Virus record (IMG/VR): IMGVR_UViG_3300044858_001565
Location: 1-64,000 of that record
Length of the DNA: 64,000 nt
From: a virus
Direction: 5' to 3' (one strand)
Numbering within the stretch: position 1 is the first letter of the stretch; each line of letters starts with the position of its first letter. Position numbers and translations under genes: made by a program. Shown piece after piece: positions 27,954 through 37,834 of this stretch. Below the pieces are notes generated by a model. The model saw only the letters and a program-made list of their open reading frames with translations, was not told the DNA's origin and made no database searches.

Positions 27954-29725
27954 ACGATTCTCCACCCGTTTCTGTATATGAAGTGTAGAGCAGCACTATT
28001 TATGTTGATTACCGCAGACGATTTGTTGTCTATGAGTTCACCATCCGCTCCCACGATGGTTATTCTCTTGTTCCAGTTTCCGCTATGTCCTGCTTCATCC
28101 TTCACGATGATTTCGCGTCCTGTTTCTGGCTCGGAAGGCATCACCACCGTGGTTGGACCGTTGTAACTGATTCCAATATAGTAGTCCAACTGCGTGGCAG
28201 AATAAGTCTCGCCCGTGTACCCAACCACCGTATTGATGGTTGGGCTGATGATGCTCGGAACACTGGGCTGAACCCACTGCTGCGAGTTTCCGTCATCAAT
28301 GTAAATATACTCTTGACCATTTTCCGAGTCCATCCACCGCGAACCAACGGTGACTCCTGCCACCGGAGGAGTTGTCTGATAGAAGAAGTTTGTTCCTCCA
28401 TCTGCTGTTGCAGTGGATGATATGGTCACCGCACCAGTGGAACCGGATATGGTTATGTTTGATCCTGCGATGAGTTGGCTTACACCAGTGACATCACCAG
28501 TTGAACCGTTGAATGTTTTTACATAGTCTCCGCTTATTCCACCAGATGCAGCACCGTTTATATTAACGGTGACCTTTCCTCCCACCTTGGTGTGAGTTAC
28601 AGTAACTCCTGTGCCAGTAAAGTCAAGAACACGAACATCAGGAGTTACTTTTGTTCCGTTCACATATACAGCCACCTTGCCACCACCGCCAGTGGATGCA
28701 AGCCATCCCATGTCTGCTGCGGAAACAGACTTTCCACCAATTATTCGTTTGAGGATTTTTTCTAGTCTCTGCTCGTCAATCTTGATTGACTTCTCGTCTT
28801 TGTCGTAGACAAGAGGAAACTCTGCACTTATTACGCCAGATTCTCCTGTGTCGCCACGATCACCCCTTTCGCCTTTTGATCCCTTCGGACCACGCTTGCC
28901 AGCAGCACCCGGCTTGCCGTCACTACCGCGCTCACCTCTTTCACCACGCGGACCAACAGGACCAATAGGACCAGCAGGACCGACTGCGCCAGCAACACCA
29001 TTCTGTCCTTTGTCTCCCTTGTCGCCCTTTTCGCCGCGCTGTCCCCGTTCTCCCCGTTCTCCCTTTTCACCACGATCACCCTTCTGTCCCTTTTCACCCC
29101 GCTCACCCCTTTCACCTCGCGGACCAATTTCTCCACGATCACCCTTATCGCCCTTTTCTCCTGTTGATCCGCGCTCTCCCTGCGGACCAGTGGCTCCAAT
29201 AGCACCAGCAGGACCAGTGGCACCCATCGGTCCCGCATCGCCTTTCGGTCCACGATCACCCTGCACTCCTTGGAAGCCACGGGTTCCGCGTTCCCCCCGC
29301 TCTCCCCGTTCACCCTTGACCACAGGGGACGGCAGTGCCTGAACCTGCTCGTTTAATCGCTCAACTTGCTTCTGTAGAACGGATTCTTCGGGTGGGGCAG
29401 TCTCTTCCGCCTCCTCCAACACCATCTCAAATGGAGTTTCCACATATTCAAATATGGAATCAATCTGTTTGTCGCCTGCCTCTATCTTCAGAGGCAGACC
29501 ACGGGGATCGGTGAAGAAGGCTTCACCCACTCCACCCAATTTCAATATATTAGGATCATGGCAGTCTGCTTCATCCAAAAGCATGAATTGATCGCCCACA
29601 GAGTACGCGGAACCACGGATTTCGCGCACTAAACGAAACAGCGAACCCGACACGAACTGACCAGTTGAAATGGCGGCAGTTCGGCGTGGCTCTGTGGGCT
29701 TGGATGACTTGCGAGGTCTATTCAT
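27950..29725 (-). CDS. collagen-like fibre protein (charged GER/GEK/GDK triplets)
   Basis: About 50 uninterrupted G-X-Y triplets (about 28840-29320) and a C-terminal fibre-like domain. Late promoter CTAAATA at 29732-29738. Confidence 0.85.
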   Translation of the reverse strand: MNRPRKSSKPTEPRRTAAISTGQFVSGSLFRLVREIRGSAYSVGDQFMLLDEADCHDPNILKLGGVGEAFFTDPRGLPLKIEAGDKQIDSIFEYVETPFEMVLEEAEETAPPEESVLQKQVERLNEQVQALPSPVVKGERGERGERGTRGFQGVQGDRGPKGDAGPMGATGPAGAIGATGPQGERGSTGEKGDKGDRGEIGPRGERGERGEKGQKGDRGEKGERGERGQRGEKGDKGDKGQNGVAGAVGPAGPIGPVGPRGERGERGSDGKPGAAGKRGPKGSKGERGDRGDTGESGVISAEFPLVYDKDEKSIKIDEQRLEKILKRIIGGKSVSAADMGWLASTGGGGKVAVYVNGTKVTPDVRVLDFTGTGVTVTHTKVGGKVTVNINGAASGGISGDYVKTFNGSTGDVTGVSQLIAGSNITISGSTGAVTISSTATADGGTNFFYQTTPPVAGVTVGSRWMDSENGQEYIYIDDGNSQQWVQPSVPSIISPTINTVVGYTGETYSATQLDYYIGISYNGPTTVVMPSEPETGREIIVKDEAGHSGNWNKRITIVGADGELIDNKSSAVININSAALHFIYRNGWRIV

Positions 29726-29743
29726 CGCAAGTATTTAGGCGCG

Positions 29744-30460
29744 TCAGACAGGCTCTTTGCCCGTCAAAGCCGCCCAAGAATGGGGGAAAAGAGGCTGAAT
29801 TATTGTGTGTATTCCCTCTGCATACTGGCGGCACTCCCATTGGGCGTGTGGATCGCTCCGCTGCGAGAACACCCGTGCATACGCTGAAAGCGAACCCGTC
29901 CACCACCACTCCGTATATGTTCCCTGCGGCAGGACAGCCCGTGCCTGCTCTGGAGCCACGCCCCGCTTCAGGAGTTCGTCGTATGTGAGCAATGCCTCTT
30001 TCACAGTCATTTCATAGTGACGGTTCACCGTGTTGTAGTCTTCGTCTATGGGCATGAAGTCTTCCGACCCCTGCTTTGCACCATTGATGGGCTTGCCTCT
30101 CCACCGTGGCATATACACAGTTGGGGGATCGCTCACATAACGGCGGCTCACCTCGTTCTCCGTGAATCCCACCTTGTGCTTGAACAGTTGAGTCCGCACA
30201 AAGATGGGAGCCTTGATCCGCAGGGTGATCTGTGGATGTGCGAACGGAGTCCAGTGCTTATGTGTAGCGAGATACTTGATGAGTTTGCGATCCCGATCAG
30301 ACAGTTTCTGCTTTCGGTAGCCTGTCCAATTAGGTTCACTGTCCCAATCGCTCTCCTTGTTGAATGAAACTCGGGCAGCGTTCACCACCGTAAGATCGTT
30401 GCCTAGATGGTCAACATACTCAACGAATCCACTATCAAGCACTAGAACATTTTTTGTCAT
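29744..30460 (-). CDS. thyX: FAD-dependent thymidylate synthase
   Basis: VVNAARVSF, HWTPF, QLFKH....NEVSRRY, APEQARAVLP and HAQWE motifs. Confidence 0.95.
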   Translation of the reverse strand: MTKNVLVLDSGFVEYVDHLGNDLTVVNAARVSFNKESDWDSEPNWTGYRKQKLSDRDRKLIKYLATHKHWTPFAHPQITLRIKAPIFVRTQLFKHKVGFTENEVSRRYVSDPPTVYMPRWRGKPINGAKQGSEDFMPIDEDYNTVNRHYEMTVKEALLTYDELLKRGVAPEQARAVLPQGTYTEWWWTGSLSAYARVFSQRSDPHAQWECRQYAEGIHTIIQPLFPHSWAALTGKEPV

Positions 30461-30687
30461 GGCTGATTTTCCTTCTCTAGTTCACTGATCCTTGCACGCA
30501 GAGTCTTTATCTCCTCCGCAGAGGCTATAAGCGTTTCCTGTATTTCCTTCCAAAAAGAAAACATCTGAGACATGGACGCAGCCTGAGTGCGTTCAACGAT
30601 GTCCATGTTTGTGATTCTGTTGTGAAGCAACCTTCCGTTTTCGGTGTTGCAAAATTCATTTATTGGGTTCAATTCATAATGACTCAT
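30457..30687 (-). CDS. hypothetical protein
   Basis: ATGA overlaps with both primase and thyX. Confidence 0.65.
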   Translation of the reverse strand: MSHYELNPINEFCNTENGRLLHNRITNMDIVERTQAASMSQMFSFWKEIQETLIASAEEIKTLRARISELEKENQP

Positions 30688-31673
30688 CGCACTCTCCATT
30701 GTGAAAATCGTGCCAGTGCAGTCAATCCGCTGCACGAACACTCGTCAATGATACGCTGAACTTCCTGCGGGGATCGTCCCGCAAGCACCATGTCGTTGAT
30801 GTCCTTCTCGCCTATGCTGTCGCTCCACACACATACGGAATATCCACCTCGTATGGCTTCTTCGATTTTCTTGGTGATTTCTGAATTGCGTGGCTCATTA
30901 TCATAAACAATAACGCAATCACGGAACAACTTGACAGCAGAAGCCAGTTCACAGCCAGCGAGAGCAACGCTATTATCAAGAAATACAGAATCAAGTGGAC
31001 CCTCAACAACATAAACCCTCTTGGAATAATCCAACCGATCCTCTCCGTAAATGGCTCTGCCGTCCTTGCTGAACTTTACGGTGATGTATCGGATTGAGTT
31101 CTTGGAGCCGCTTATGCTGCGTCCTTGCGCTGCAACGAGTTCTCCTGCCTTGTTCACGAATGGGATGACGATACGCTCGTCATTCGGGATGGTGGTGTAT
31201 GTAGGGTCAATGGCACGAACCCAGTCACCAAACGCATTTGAAAAATAGAACCTGTCCAATTCTTTAATTCCTCTGCCTTCCAAATACAGCCGTGCTGCGT
31301 GATCTGGTGGCAGAGTGTCGCACCGAGGAAGTTTGATATTTGCATTTGGCAGGAGTTTGGGTTCTTCGGGCTTTACATAATTGCTCTTCCCGTTCTCACC
31401 GTTTCTCCACCGCTCAAGTGCATACTCTTGAGCCATTGCAGGAGCAACAATCTCAAGAAATCTGTAGACCGAGTGCCCTGCTCCGCAGTTGTGGCACTTG
31501 AAAAAGTAGTCGTTCTTCTTTGGAAAGAAAAACCCACGCGCCTTGCTCTTGTTCTTCCGCGAGTCTCCGCAGATAGGGCAACGGCAGTTTGCAAGGTTCG
31601 GACCCTTCCACTTGAATCGCTCAAGTTGAGCCGACACCATGTTGATGTATTTCTTGTCAATATACGCAGACAT
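30684..31673 (-). CDS. gp61: DNA primase (T4 gp61-like)
   Basis: Zn finger CPICGDS...KCHNC; TOPRIM motifs VVEGPLDS, YDNEPRN and KDINDM. Confidence 0.95.
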   Translation of the reverse strand: MSAYIDKKYINMVSAQLERFKWKGPNLANCRCPICGDSRKNKSKARGFFFPKKNDYFFKCHNCGAGHSVYRFLEIVAPAMAQEYALERWRNGENGKSNYVKPEEPKLLPNANIKLPRCDTLPPDHAARLYLEGRGIKELDRFYFSNAFGDWVRAIDPTYTTIPNDERIVIPFVNKAGELVAAQGRSISGSKNSIRYITVKFSKDGRAIYGEDRLDYSKRVYVVEGPLDSVFLDNSVALAGCELASAVKLFRDCVIVYDNEPRNSEITKKIEEAIRGGYSVCVWSDSIGEKDINDMVLAGRSPQEVQRIIDECSCSGLTALARFSQWRVR

Positions 31674-33088
31674 TATATCGTCCAGTCGCTTGTGTCTCGC
31701 TTGTCGCCAAACTTTGCCTTGAAGTCCTTTGCACCGAACCCTGCTCCGTATCCGTCGTTCTCACCCTTCTCAATGTTGGAGTCCATGAGGTCTTCGGATA
31801 GTTCGCTGTCAATATCATAGAACTTCATCTTGGCGTAGTTCAAGCCCACGATGAATTTCTTGTTTGCAGTCTTGCCGTTGTAGCGATTCTTCAACTGCTT
31901 CACCATGATCTGCCCTGCCTTTTCCAACTCGTCCGTTGTGATGAGGGCAATCATCAGGTCAGCGGTGTGGGGCAAGCCAAACGATTCTGAAGTATCCGTG
32001 AGGTCAACATCGGTGGACGAGAAGCCTGCTCGGTTTACCTGTGTGGCACTCACGATGGGCACATCCCGTTCCATTGCCAACCCACGCAACTCCTCTGCAA
32101 TAGCCTTGATGTATCCGTATGAATTGATGTTGTTGCCGTGCTTGAACCGTGCAGACGAGCAGATATTGATATAGTCCACGAAAATAATGTCAGGCGTGAA
32201 CTGCTTCTTTAGCCGCAACTCGTCCAACAGGACACGGAAGTGGTTCACATTCGCAAACGAAGTGGGATACTCCTTTACGATGAGTTTTCCGCTTACTCCC
32301 CGTGTGCTACCAAGCAGCCGCTTCTCATACATTTCAAGCGGCAGGTCTTGCAGTTCATCCATCGTGATGTCCATGATGTTTGCATCAATTCGCTCTGCAA
32401 TCCGTTCCTCTGCCATTTCAAGAGTGATATACAGCACATTCTTGTTCTGCATGAGGCAAGCAGCCGCGTGATGGCACATGAACAGGGACTTGCCCACACC
32501 TGTGCCTGCCATGATGATGTTCAGAGTCTTGGGCGAGATTCCGCCCTTTGTGATGACATTGAACATCTCAAGATCAAACGGAATCTTCTTCTCCACCCTG
32601 TGGTAGAACTCATGCCGCTTCTCGTAGTCCTCAAGGAAATCGTGTCCCACATTGGTGTCAAACGAAACCGCAAGTGCCTTGGACAGGATTTCAGGCAGGG
32701 CATGGGGCGTGAGGTTCTTGTCCTTGCCGTCAATAATCTGAATGGACTGCAAGATGGCATTGTAGATCGCTTTGTCCTTGCAGAACTTTTCCGTGGTGTC
32801 TGTGAGCCACGCGGTGTCCTGCTGCGGACTCTTGCCCATGTCCACTACAAGAGTCTTGCACTTGGAGAACTCGTCCTCCGTCAGCCCCTTGTTGTCTTCA
32901 AGTGCAATAAGCAGGGCATCCTTTGTGGGAATGCCCTTGTACTGATTGACGAAATCCCTGATGGATCGGAACACTGCACGATCCACTCGGTCAAGGAAAT
33001 ACTCCTCCTGCAAGAACGGAATGGTCCGCTTGCAGTATTCGCTGTCGTTAAGCAGCCCCGCCAGTATTGTCTTTTCGGTTTGGCTCAT
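31673..33088 (-). CDS. gp41: replicative DNA helicase (T4 gp41-like)
   Basis: Walker A AGTGVGKS, ITLEMAEE, VDYINI, SATQ and SESFGLP.TAD. Confidence 0.95.
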   Translation of the reverse strand: MSQTEKTILAGLLNDSEYCKRTIPFLQEEYFLDRVDRAVFRSIRDFVNQYKGIPTKDALLIALEDNKGLTEDEFSKCKTLVVDMGKSPQQDTAWLTDTTEKFCKDKAIYNAILQSIQIIDGKDKNLTPHALPEILSKALAVSFDTNVGHDFLEDYEKRHEFYHRVEKKIPFDLEMFNVITKGGISPKTLNIIMAGTGVGKSLFMCHHAAACLMQNKNVLYITLEMAEERIAERIDANIMDITMDELQDLPLEMYEKRLLGSTRGVSGKLIVKEYPTSFANVNHFRVLLDELRLKKQFTPDIIFVDYINICSSARFKHGNNINSYGYIKAIAEELRGLAMERDVPIVSATQVNRAGFSSTDVDLTDTSESFGLPHTADLMIALITTDELEKAGQIMVKQLKNRYNGKTANKKFIVGLNYAKMKFYDIDSELSEDLMDSNIEKGENDGYGAGFGAKDFKAKFGDKRDTSDWTI

Positions 33089-33449
33089 TTAGTCCAAGTT
33101 CCTCATCAAGTTCAGCCAGACGATCCATTGCTTCCTGACGCTCTTTGTATTCGGGGGTTTCCCGCAACTGAAGAAAATACTCCAATGCACCATCTGCTGT
33201 AGGGGCATTATACATTGCTTCCGAGCGATCATCAATCTCTTTCTGCAACTTCTTGCCGTCTTCTGATGCCTTCCACGCTTCAATCGCAGGATGGTCGCAG
33301 GAACATACAAGAGCCTCATGGGAGTTTGGTCCTACGAGCATACCGTCCCACTCAAGGCACCAATGCCACCCTGCTTCAAACTCTTCAGGAGTCAACTTCT
33401 CTTCCCAATTGTCCATGAGGAAGATGTATCTCTCTCTACTCATCTCCAT
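33048..33449 (-). CDS. hypothetical protein
   Basis: Fills the gap between uvsX and gp41; contains HWC...C.CDH. The start is at 33449 or 33443. Confidence 0.6.
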   Translation of the reverse strand: MEMSRERYIFLMDNWEEKLTPEEFEAGWHWCLEWDGMLVGPNSHEALVCSCDHPAIEAWKASEDGKKLQKEIDDRSEAMYNAPTADGALEYFLQLRETPEYKERQEAMDRLAELDEELGLNEPNRKDNTGGAA

Positions 33450-34485
33450 TCGATGGCTCCTCCGCTGGCTTTTCGTCTGTGCCGTAGCAAAATTCCTTTC
33501 GGACGGCAAGATCAATAGCCTTCAGGACATCTTCCGTGAAATACTTCTCGGGATCGCGGTTGATCTGTGATTCGAAAGCAGTCTTCCCGTTGGGCAACTG
33601 AATCTTTGTGGACACCTTTTGGAAAATTCCATACTTGATGGCAATGTCCAAAAGCCCGTAATACTTGTTCAGCCCTGTCTCAAAGTTCAACTGAACATCC
33701 ACCATCTTGTCCTGCTTCGTCAGTCGGCTCTTGTAAGTCTTGCAATGGATGATGTTGCCAACCACCTCGTTGTCCACCTTGTCCTTCTTCTTGGACAGGT
33801 AGATGATGGTGGACGCAGCATACTTCAGACCACTACCGCCGCCCATCTCCTTCGTGGGCACATACGCACCCACCACATCGTAGGTGTGATTCGTCATCAG
33901 CAGGGGAATCCGTGCGTGACCCAACTTGATGGTGAGAACGCGGAACGCCGCCTTCGTGACCTGTGCGCGAGTCATGTCGCGGGTGGTCTTGCCCTCTGCG
34001 GTATCGTTCATCTCCTTCTCGGTGGACAACATTCCAAGCGAGTCAAGCACGATCATCATGCGGGGGCGAGTGTCCTTGTCCTCTTCAAGATACTTGTCCA
34101 CAGACAGGACGCACTGGTGACGGAACTCTTCCACCGTGGCAACAGGCAGCACAGCCACGCGGTCGGTGTCAATCCCGCGTCCACGGAGCAGATCAGAGGT
34201 AATGGCTTGTTCCGTATCAAAATACAACACCATTGCCTTCGGATCGGAATTCAGGAACTCACGCACCACATTGAGAGCAAAGTAGGTCTTGCCCGTGGCT
34301 TGCTCTCCTGCAAGAGCAACGATCTTGTTGTCGGGAATACCACCGTGGATCGAACCGCTCAAGAGCGCGTTGAACGAATACGATCCCGTGGAGATGAACC
34401 CCTTGACATCGCTGCCCTCAAGCCCTTCGGATGCCACGGTTGCGTACTTGTTTCCTGCTGCCTTCAGAATGTCCTTCAGTTTCAT
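33436..34485 (-). CDS. uvsX: RecA-like recombinase UvsX
   Basis: STGSY.FNALLSG, Walker A GEQATGKT, DSLGMLST, NHTY and GGGSGLKYAAS. Confidence 0.95.
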   Translation of the reverse strand: MKLKDILKAAGNKYATVASEGLEGSDVKGFISTGSYSFNALLSGSIHGGIPDNKIVALAGEQATGKTYFALNVVREFLNSDPKAMVLYFDTEQAITSDLLRGRGIDTDRVAVLPVATVEEFRHQCVLSVDKYLEEDKDTRPRMMIVLDSLGMLSTEKEMNDTAEGKTTRDMTRAQVTKAAFRVLTIKLGHARIPLLMTNHTYDVVGAYVPTKEMGGGSGLKYAASTIIYLSKKKDKVDNEVVGNIIHCKTYKSRLTKQDKMVDVQLNFETGLNKYYGLLDIAIKYGIFQKVSTKIQLPNGKTAFESQINRDPEKYFTEDVLKAIDLAVRKEFCYGTDEKPAEEPSNGDE

Positions 34486-34655
34486 AGTCTCTCCAATGAT
34501 TTGGTCTGTGTGTCAATGAGAACCATCTCGTTCTCGTTAGCCCTTATTGTATCCAGGGGCGTGAGTTTGTCAACGATCATCTGCTGCGTTTCACGGCGCA
34601 GCAGGTCTTTTCGCGCTGCGAGAAGACCTTTCAAGTATTCAATATTAAGATTCAT
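34482..34655 (-). CDS. small hypothetical protein (57 aa, MNLNIEYLKGLL...), not in the ORF track
   Basis: Hand-translated. It overlaps the stop and start codons of both neighbours (TGATG and ATGA). Confidence 0.7.
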   Translation of the reverse strand: MNLNIEYLKGLLAARKDLLRRETQQMIVDKLTPLDTIRANENEMVLIDTQTKSLERL

Positions 34656-34984
34656 CAGGTTGTAATCTTTAGACCTGGAGCCTTAACGCCCTTGTCGGGC
34701 ACCACGATTCCGCTGCCGAACGCAGAACTGAATTCATTCATAAGGTCAGTCATGGGTTCAGCAGTGAACATTACATACGATGCAGGAACAGTGATAGCCT
34801 GATCCTTTACCGAAGCCATCCACGGCACGACCGCGATGTTTGCGCCGCCGCCCTTTGTAGGCACGGGCACAACCATGCACGGATTCTTCAGCGTGTATGC
34901 CACGATCTTTTCGCCTTCAAACTTCTCGGTGACCGATGCAATGAGTTCTTCGCCGGTCTGAACCTTCACGATCTTTATAGCCAT
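34655..34984 (-). CDS. conserved T4-like Sm-fold hypothetical protein
   Basis: IKIVK..TGEELIA...LKNP...PW...FGSGIV motif. CTACATA upstream at 35012-35018. Confidence 0.75.
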   Translation of the reverse strand: MAIKIVKVQTGEELIASVTEKFEGEKIVAYTLKNPCMVVPVPTKGGGANIAVVPWMASVKDQAITVPASYVMFTAEPMTDLMNEFSSAFGSGIVVPDKGVKAPGLKITT

Positions 34985-35018
34985 GATATATCCTTTTTGT
35001 AAGAGTTACAGTATGTAG

Positions 35019-37571
35019 TCAAGCGAACAGAGATTCAAGAGTATTTCGTTCTTCGGGACTCCACCCCACTGCATTTGTGATTGCGCGAAGCGGTTCAAGA
35101 AATGTCTTTTCAAATTGGAGTTGGCGATTGATGTATTTCTCAAGCGCGAACTCCTTTGGGATGGATGACGGAAAACCAATGACACTTTCGTGAAATGGAT
35201 TGGGTGTCTTCAAGTAGATGAACTTGATCTTCTCGCCGTCACCGATGGTGCGGTACTTCTTGTCTAGTTTCATCCGCTTTATGTGGTGATTGTACAGCAG
35301 CGCACCCTTGACTGCAATAGGCGTGGACTTTTTGTATACGGTGCCGCTGTGTGCGTACTCTTCCATTCCCGATACGGATCGGGGAGAAGCCACATCCTCA
35401 ACAGGCAGGGACATGAACTCCTTCTCCGTTGCCTTCACAAACTGCTGAAGTGTGCCCTCGTCGCGCATGAGGATCATCTCAATGGCAGTCTTCAGTGCCT
35501 TGCGGACATACGCAGGAGTGGATGAACGGGCAGTCTCAATACCCATGATCTTGAACTTCGGAGTCTTGTAGCGGACACCCTCTGCATCCCATACGGACAG
35601 CATATACCTCTTCTTCGCAGTCCACACGCCCTGCTCGGCAATGACTTCGCGTCCCATCACCATCTTGTTGGAGTAGGCGTTCATGCAGTCCGCAAGGGTG
35701 GCGAACTCCCGCTCAATCTGTGGCTGAATCACCCGCTCACAGAATCCGTTCAGGAAGTCCACCACCCGTTGCGTGTCCCGCTCGCCCTTGAAGGACGAAT
35801 CCACCACCTTGCCAAGTCTCAAATACACGGAGTCGGTGTCCATGTAGATCACATACACCTCGCCGTCCGTCTTCAGGATGCGGTTCAGGAATCGGTTGAG
35901 TGCTTCACCGATCCATCGGATGCTCAATTGCCCTGAAAGCGTGATGGCTTCCGCAAGCGCCACATCAAAGAATCTGAAGTATTGGTTGCCGATTGCGCCG
36001 TATGCGGAGTTCAACTGAATCTTACGCACCAACTGAAAGTTGTGATACTTGGAAATCTCGTATTCAATCTTTCGCCGCTCGGACTCGGGAGCGTTCTTGT
36101 CCAATTCCACAAGCCGCTTCTGTGCTGCAATCATCAGGCTCTTGTAGTGCTTGCGTTCCACATACATCTTTTCCATCAGTTCGGGAAGGAAGCCTTGGCG
36201 GTCGCGGACGAACGCAACACCGTTTGCGGCAACACTCGCCCCGTCTGCCTTCGCAGCGTTGAGATATTCCGCAGGATCAACAAACTCCTTCACCGACTCT
36301 CCGCTGTTGCGGGACAGCAAGGACTCTGGAGTAATGCTCCCGCGCCGCCACACGGGATTGGTGTGCTTTGTCTCGGGCGAGATGTTGTACTGCATGATGA
36401 GGTGTGGATACAGGGAGTTCAGGTCAAAACTCACCACCCAATCGTGCTTGCCCACGATGGGGTCCATCACATACGCACCCGCGTACTGATCGTCTTTCTT
36501 TTGTTCGGTCTTCTGCGGGATCACCATGCCCTTGCTCATCAGGTGGTGGTGGATGATGGCATCCCATGTGCGAACTTGGGAAAACACATCCTCAAAGTTC
36601 ACCCGTGCCGAATACGCAAGGGCTACAGCCAGTTCCATCAGTTTCAGTTTGGATTCCAAGCGGTCAACGAGCCGCACATCCTGAAGGTTATACTCCATGA
36701 ACTTCTGAAAGTTCTGTGCGTAGAATTCCTGAATCGTTTCGTATTCCGCATACGACAGTTTTTCCTCACCCAACTCCACCTTGGAAATGTGGTTCAGGGA
36801 ATACGCTTCCTGCTTCACATAGGTGAAAGTCCTGTACAACTCAAGGTAGTCAAGGGTGGCTACACCGCTAATCACATACGCGGTCTGATCGCGTCCCATG
36901 CGGTTCACCACAGTCTCGCGCAGTCTGCCCCACGGCGAGAGGGAGTTTCCCCATCCTTCTTCAAGATAGTTCATCCGTGCCACAAGGTACGGAATGTCAA
37001 AGAAACGGATGTTCCATCCTGTCACGATGTCGGGATCAAGGAACTTCCACAGTTCAATGAATCCCGCGAGGAGTTCTCGTTCGTCATCGTAAGGAATGCA
37101 GGACACTCCCTCTCCCTCAATATGAAAGTCTCCCAAGCCTAGCACATAGGTCTTGTCACCCATTGAGATCGTGATCGCAATGACTCGCTCCGTGGGAGCG
37201 GAGGGCGTGGGAAAACCGCCGTCACACGATGTCTCAATGTCCAAGTTGGCTATGCGGAGGCTGCTGAAGTCATAATCCACTTCATTGGGAAACTCCTTGT
37301 AAAGGTATTGGTAAACAAAGTTCGTGTTGCCGTAGATTGGATAGTTCCCCACATCCTTGAACTTATCCATGAACTCTCGGGCTTCTCCAATACCGTCAAA
37401 CTGCACAGGCTGCACAGGCTTGCCGTTGATGGTGGTGAACTCCCCCGCCTCCTTGGACGGAATGTATAGTGTGGGACAGAACGGAACGCGGAGGTGCTGC
37501 CTCTGCCCGTTCTTCCATCCACGATACAGGATGTTCTTGCCACGAATATCAACGGAAGTGTAGAAGTCCAT
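35019..37571 (-). CDS. gp43: family B DNA polymerase (T4 gp43-like)
   Basis: ExoI DIET, TGWNIRFFD, SFDLNSLYP, KIQLNSAYG, YMDTDS and KKRY motifs. C-terminal clamp-binding motif TLESLF. Confidence 0.97.
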   Translation of the reverse strand: MDFYTSVDIRGKNILYRGWKNGQRQHLRVPFCPTLYIPSKEAGEFTTINGKPVQPVQFDGIGEAREFMDKFKDVGNYPIYGNTNFVYQYLYKEFPNEVDYDFSSLRIANLDIETSCDGGFPTPSAPTERVIAITISMGDKTYVLGLGDFHIEGEGVSCIPYDDERELLAGFIELWKFLDPDIVTGWNIRFFDIPYLVARMNYLEEGWGNSLSPWGRLRETVVNRMGRDQTAYVISGVATLDYLELYRTFTYVKQEAYSLNHISKVELGEEKLSYAEYETIQEFYAQNFQKFMEYNLQDVRLVDRLESKLKLMELAVALAYSARVNFEDVFSQVRTWDAIIHHHLMSKGMVIPQKTEQKKDDQYAGAYVMDPIVGKHDWVVSFDLNSLYPHLIMQYNISPETKHTNPVWRRGSITPESLLSRNSGESVKEFVDPAEYLNAAKADGASVAANGVAFVRDRQGFLPELMEKMYVERKHYKSLMIAAQKRLVELDKNAPESERRKIEYEISKYHNFQLVRKIQLNSAYGAIGNQYFRFFDVALAEAITLSGQLSIRWIGEALNRFLNRILKTDGEVYVIYMDTDSVYLRLGKVVDSSFKGERDTQRVVDFLNGFCERVIQPQIEREFATLADCMNAYSNKMVMGREVIAEQGVWTAKKRYMLSVWDAEGVRYKTPKFKIMGIETARSSTPAYVRKALKTAIEMILMRDEGTLQQFVKATEKEFMSLPVEDVASPRSVSGMEEYAHSGTVYKKSTPIAVKGALLYNHHIKRMKLDKKYRTIGDGEKIKFIYLKTPNPFHESVIGFPSSIPKEFALEKYINRQLQFEKTFLEPLRAITNAVGWSPEERNTLESLFA

Positions 37572-37834
37572 TATCGCTCCACTACGGCAACCCAATCCTG
37601 ATGCACCATGTCCTTGTCTTCGTGACCCTGCCCCTTGTTCTGTGTACGATCCCAAAGAACACGGTCACCTACGCGAATGTCTTCCGACAGTTTATCACCG
37701 ATTGCCACAACCGTAGCCCAAATGTAGCGAGAATTGATTATTTCGTTGTAAACAATTCCTGCCGATGTGGTGGTCTGACCTCCAAGGTGAGACTGCACCC
37801 AAATCCATTTTCCAATTGGCTTGAATTTACCCAT
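37571..37834 (-). CDS. GroES/Cpn10-like co-chaperonin
   Basis: FKPIGKWIWV...TTSAGIVY...ATVVAIGD....IRVGDRVL. Confidence 0.85.
   Translation of the reverse strand: MGKFKPIGKWIWVQSHLGGQTTTSAGIVYNEIINSRYIWATVVAIGDKLSEDIRVGDRVLWDRTQNKGQGHEDKDMVHQDWVAVVER

Noticed and set aside
32240-37142. Long plus-strand ORFs (32240..33202, 33619..34665, 35982..37142)
   Set aside because: They are antisense shadows of gp41, uvsX and gp43, with no recognisable motifs or RBS.
3667-37571. Introns or inteins in nrdJ, gp41, uvsX or gp43
   Set aside because: All are continuous, of normal length and lack splice motifs.
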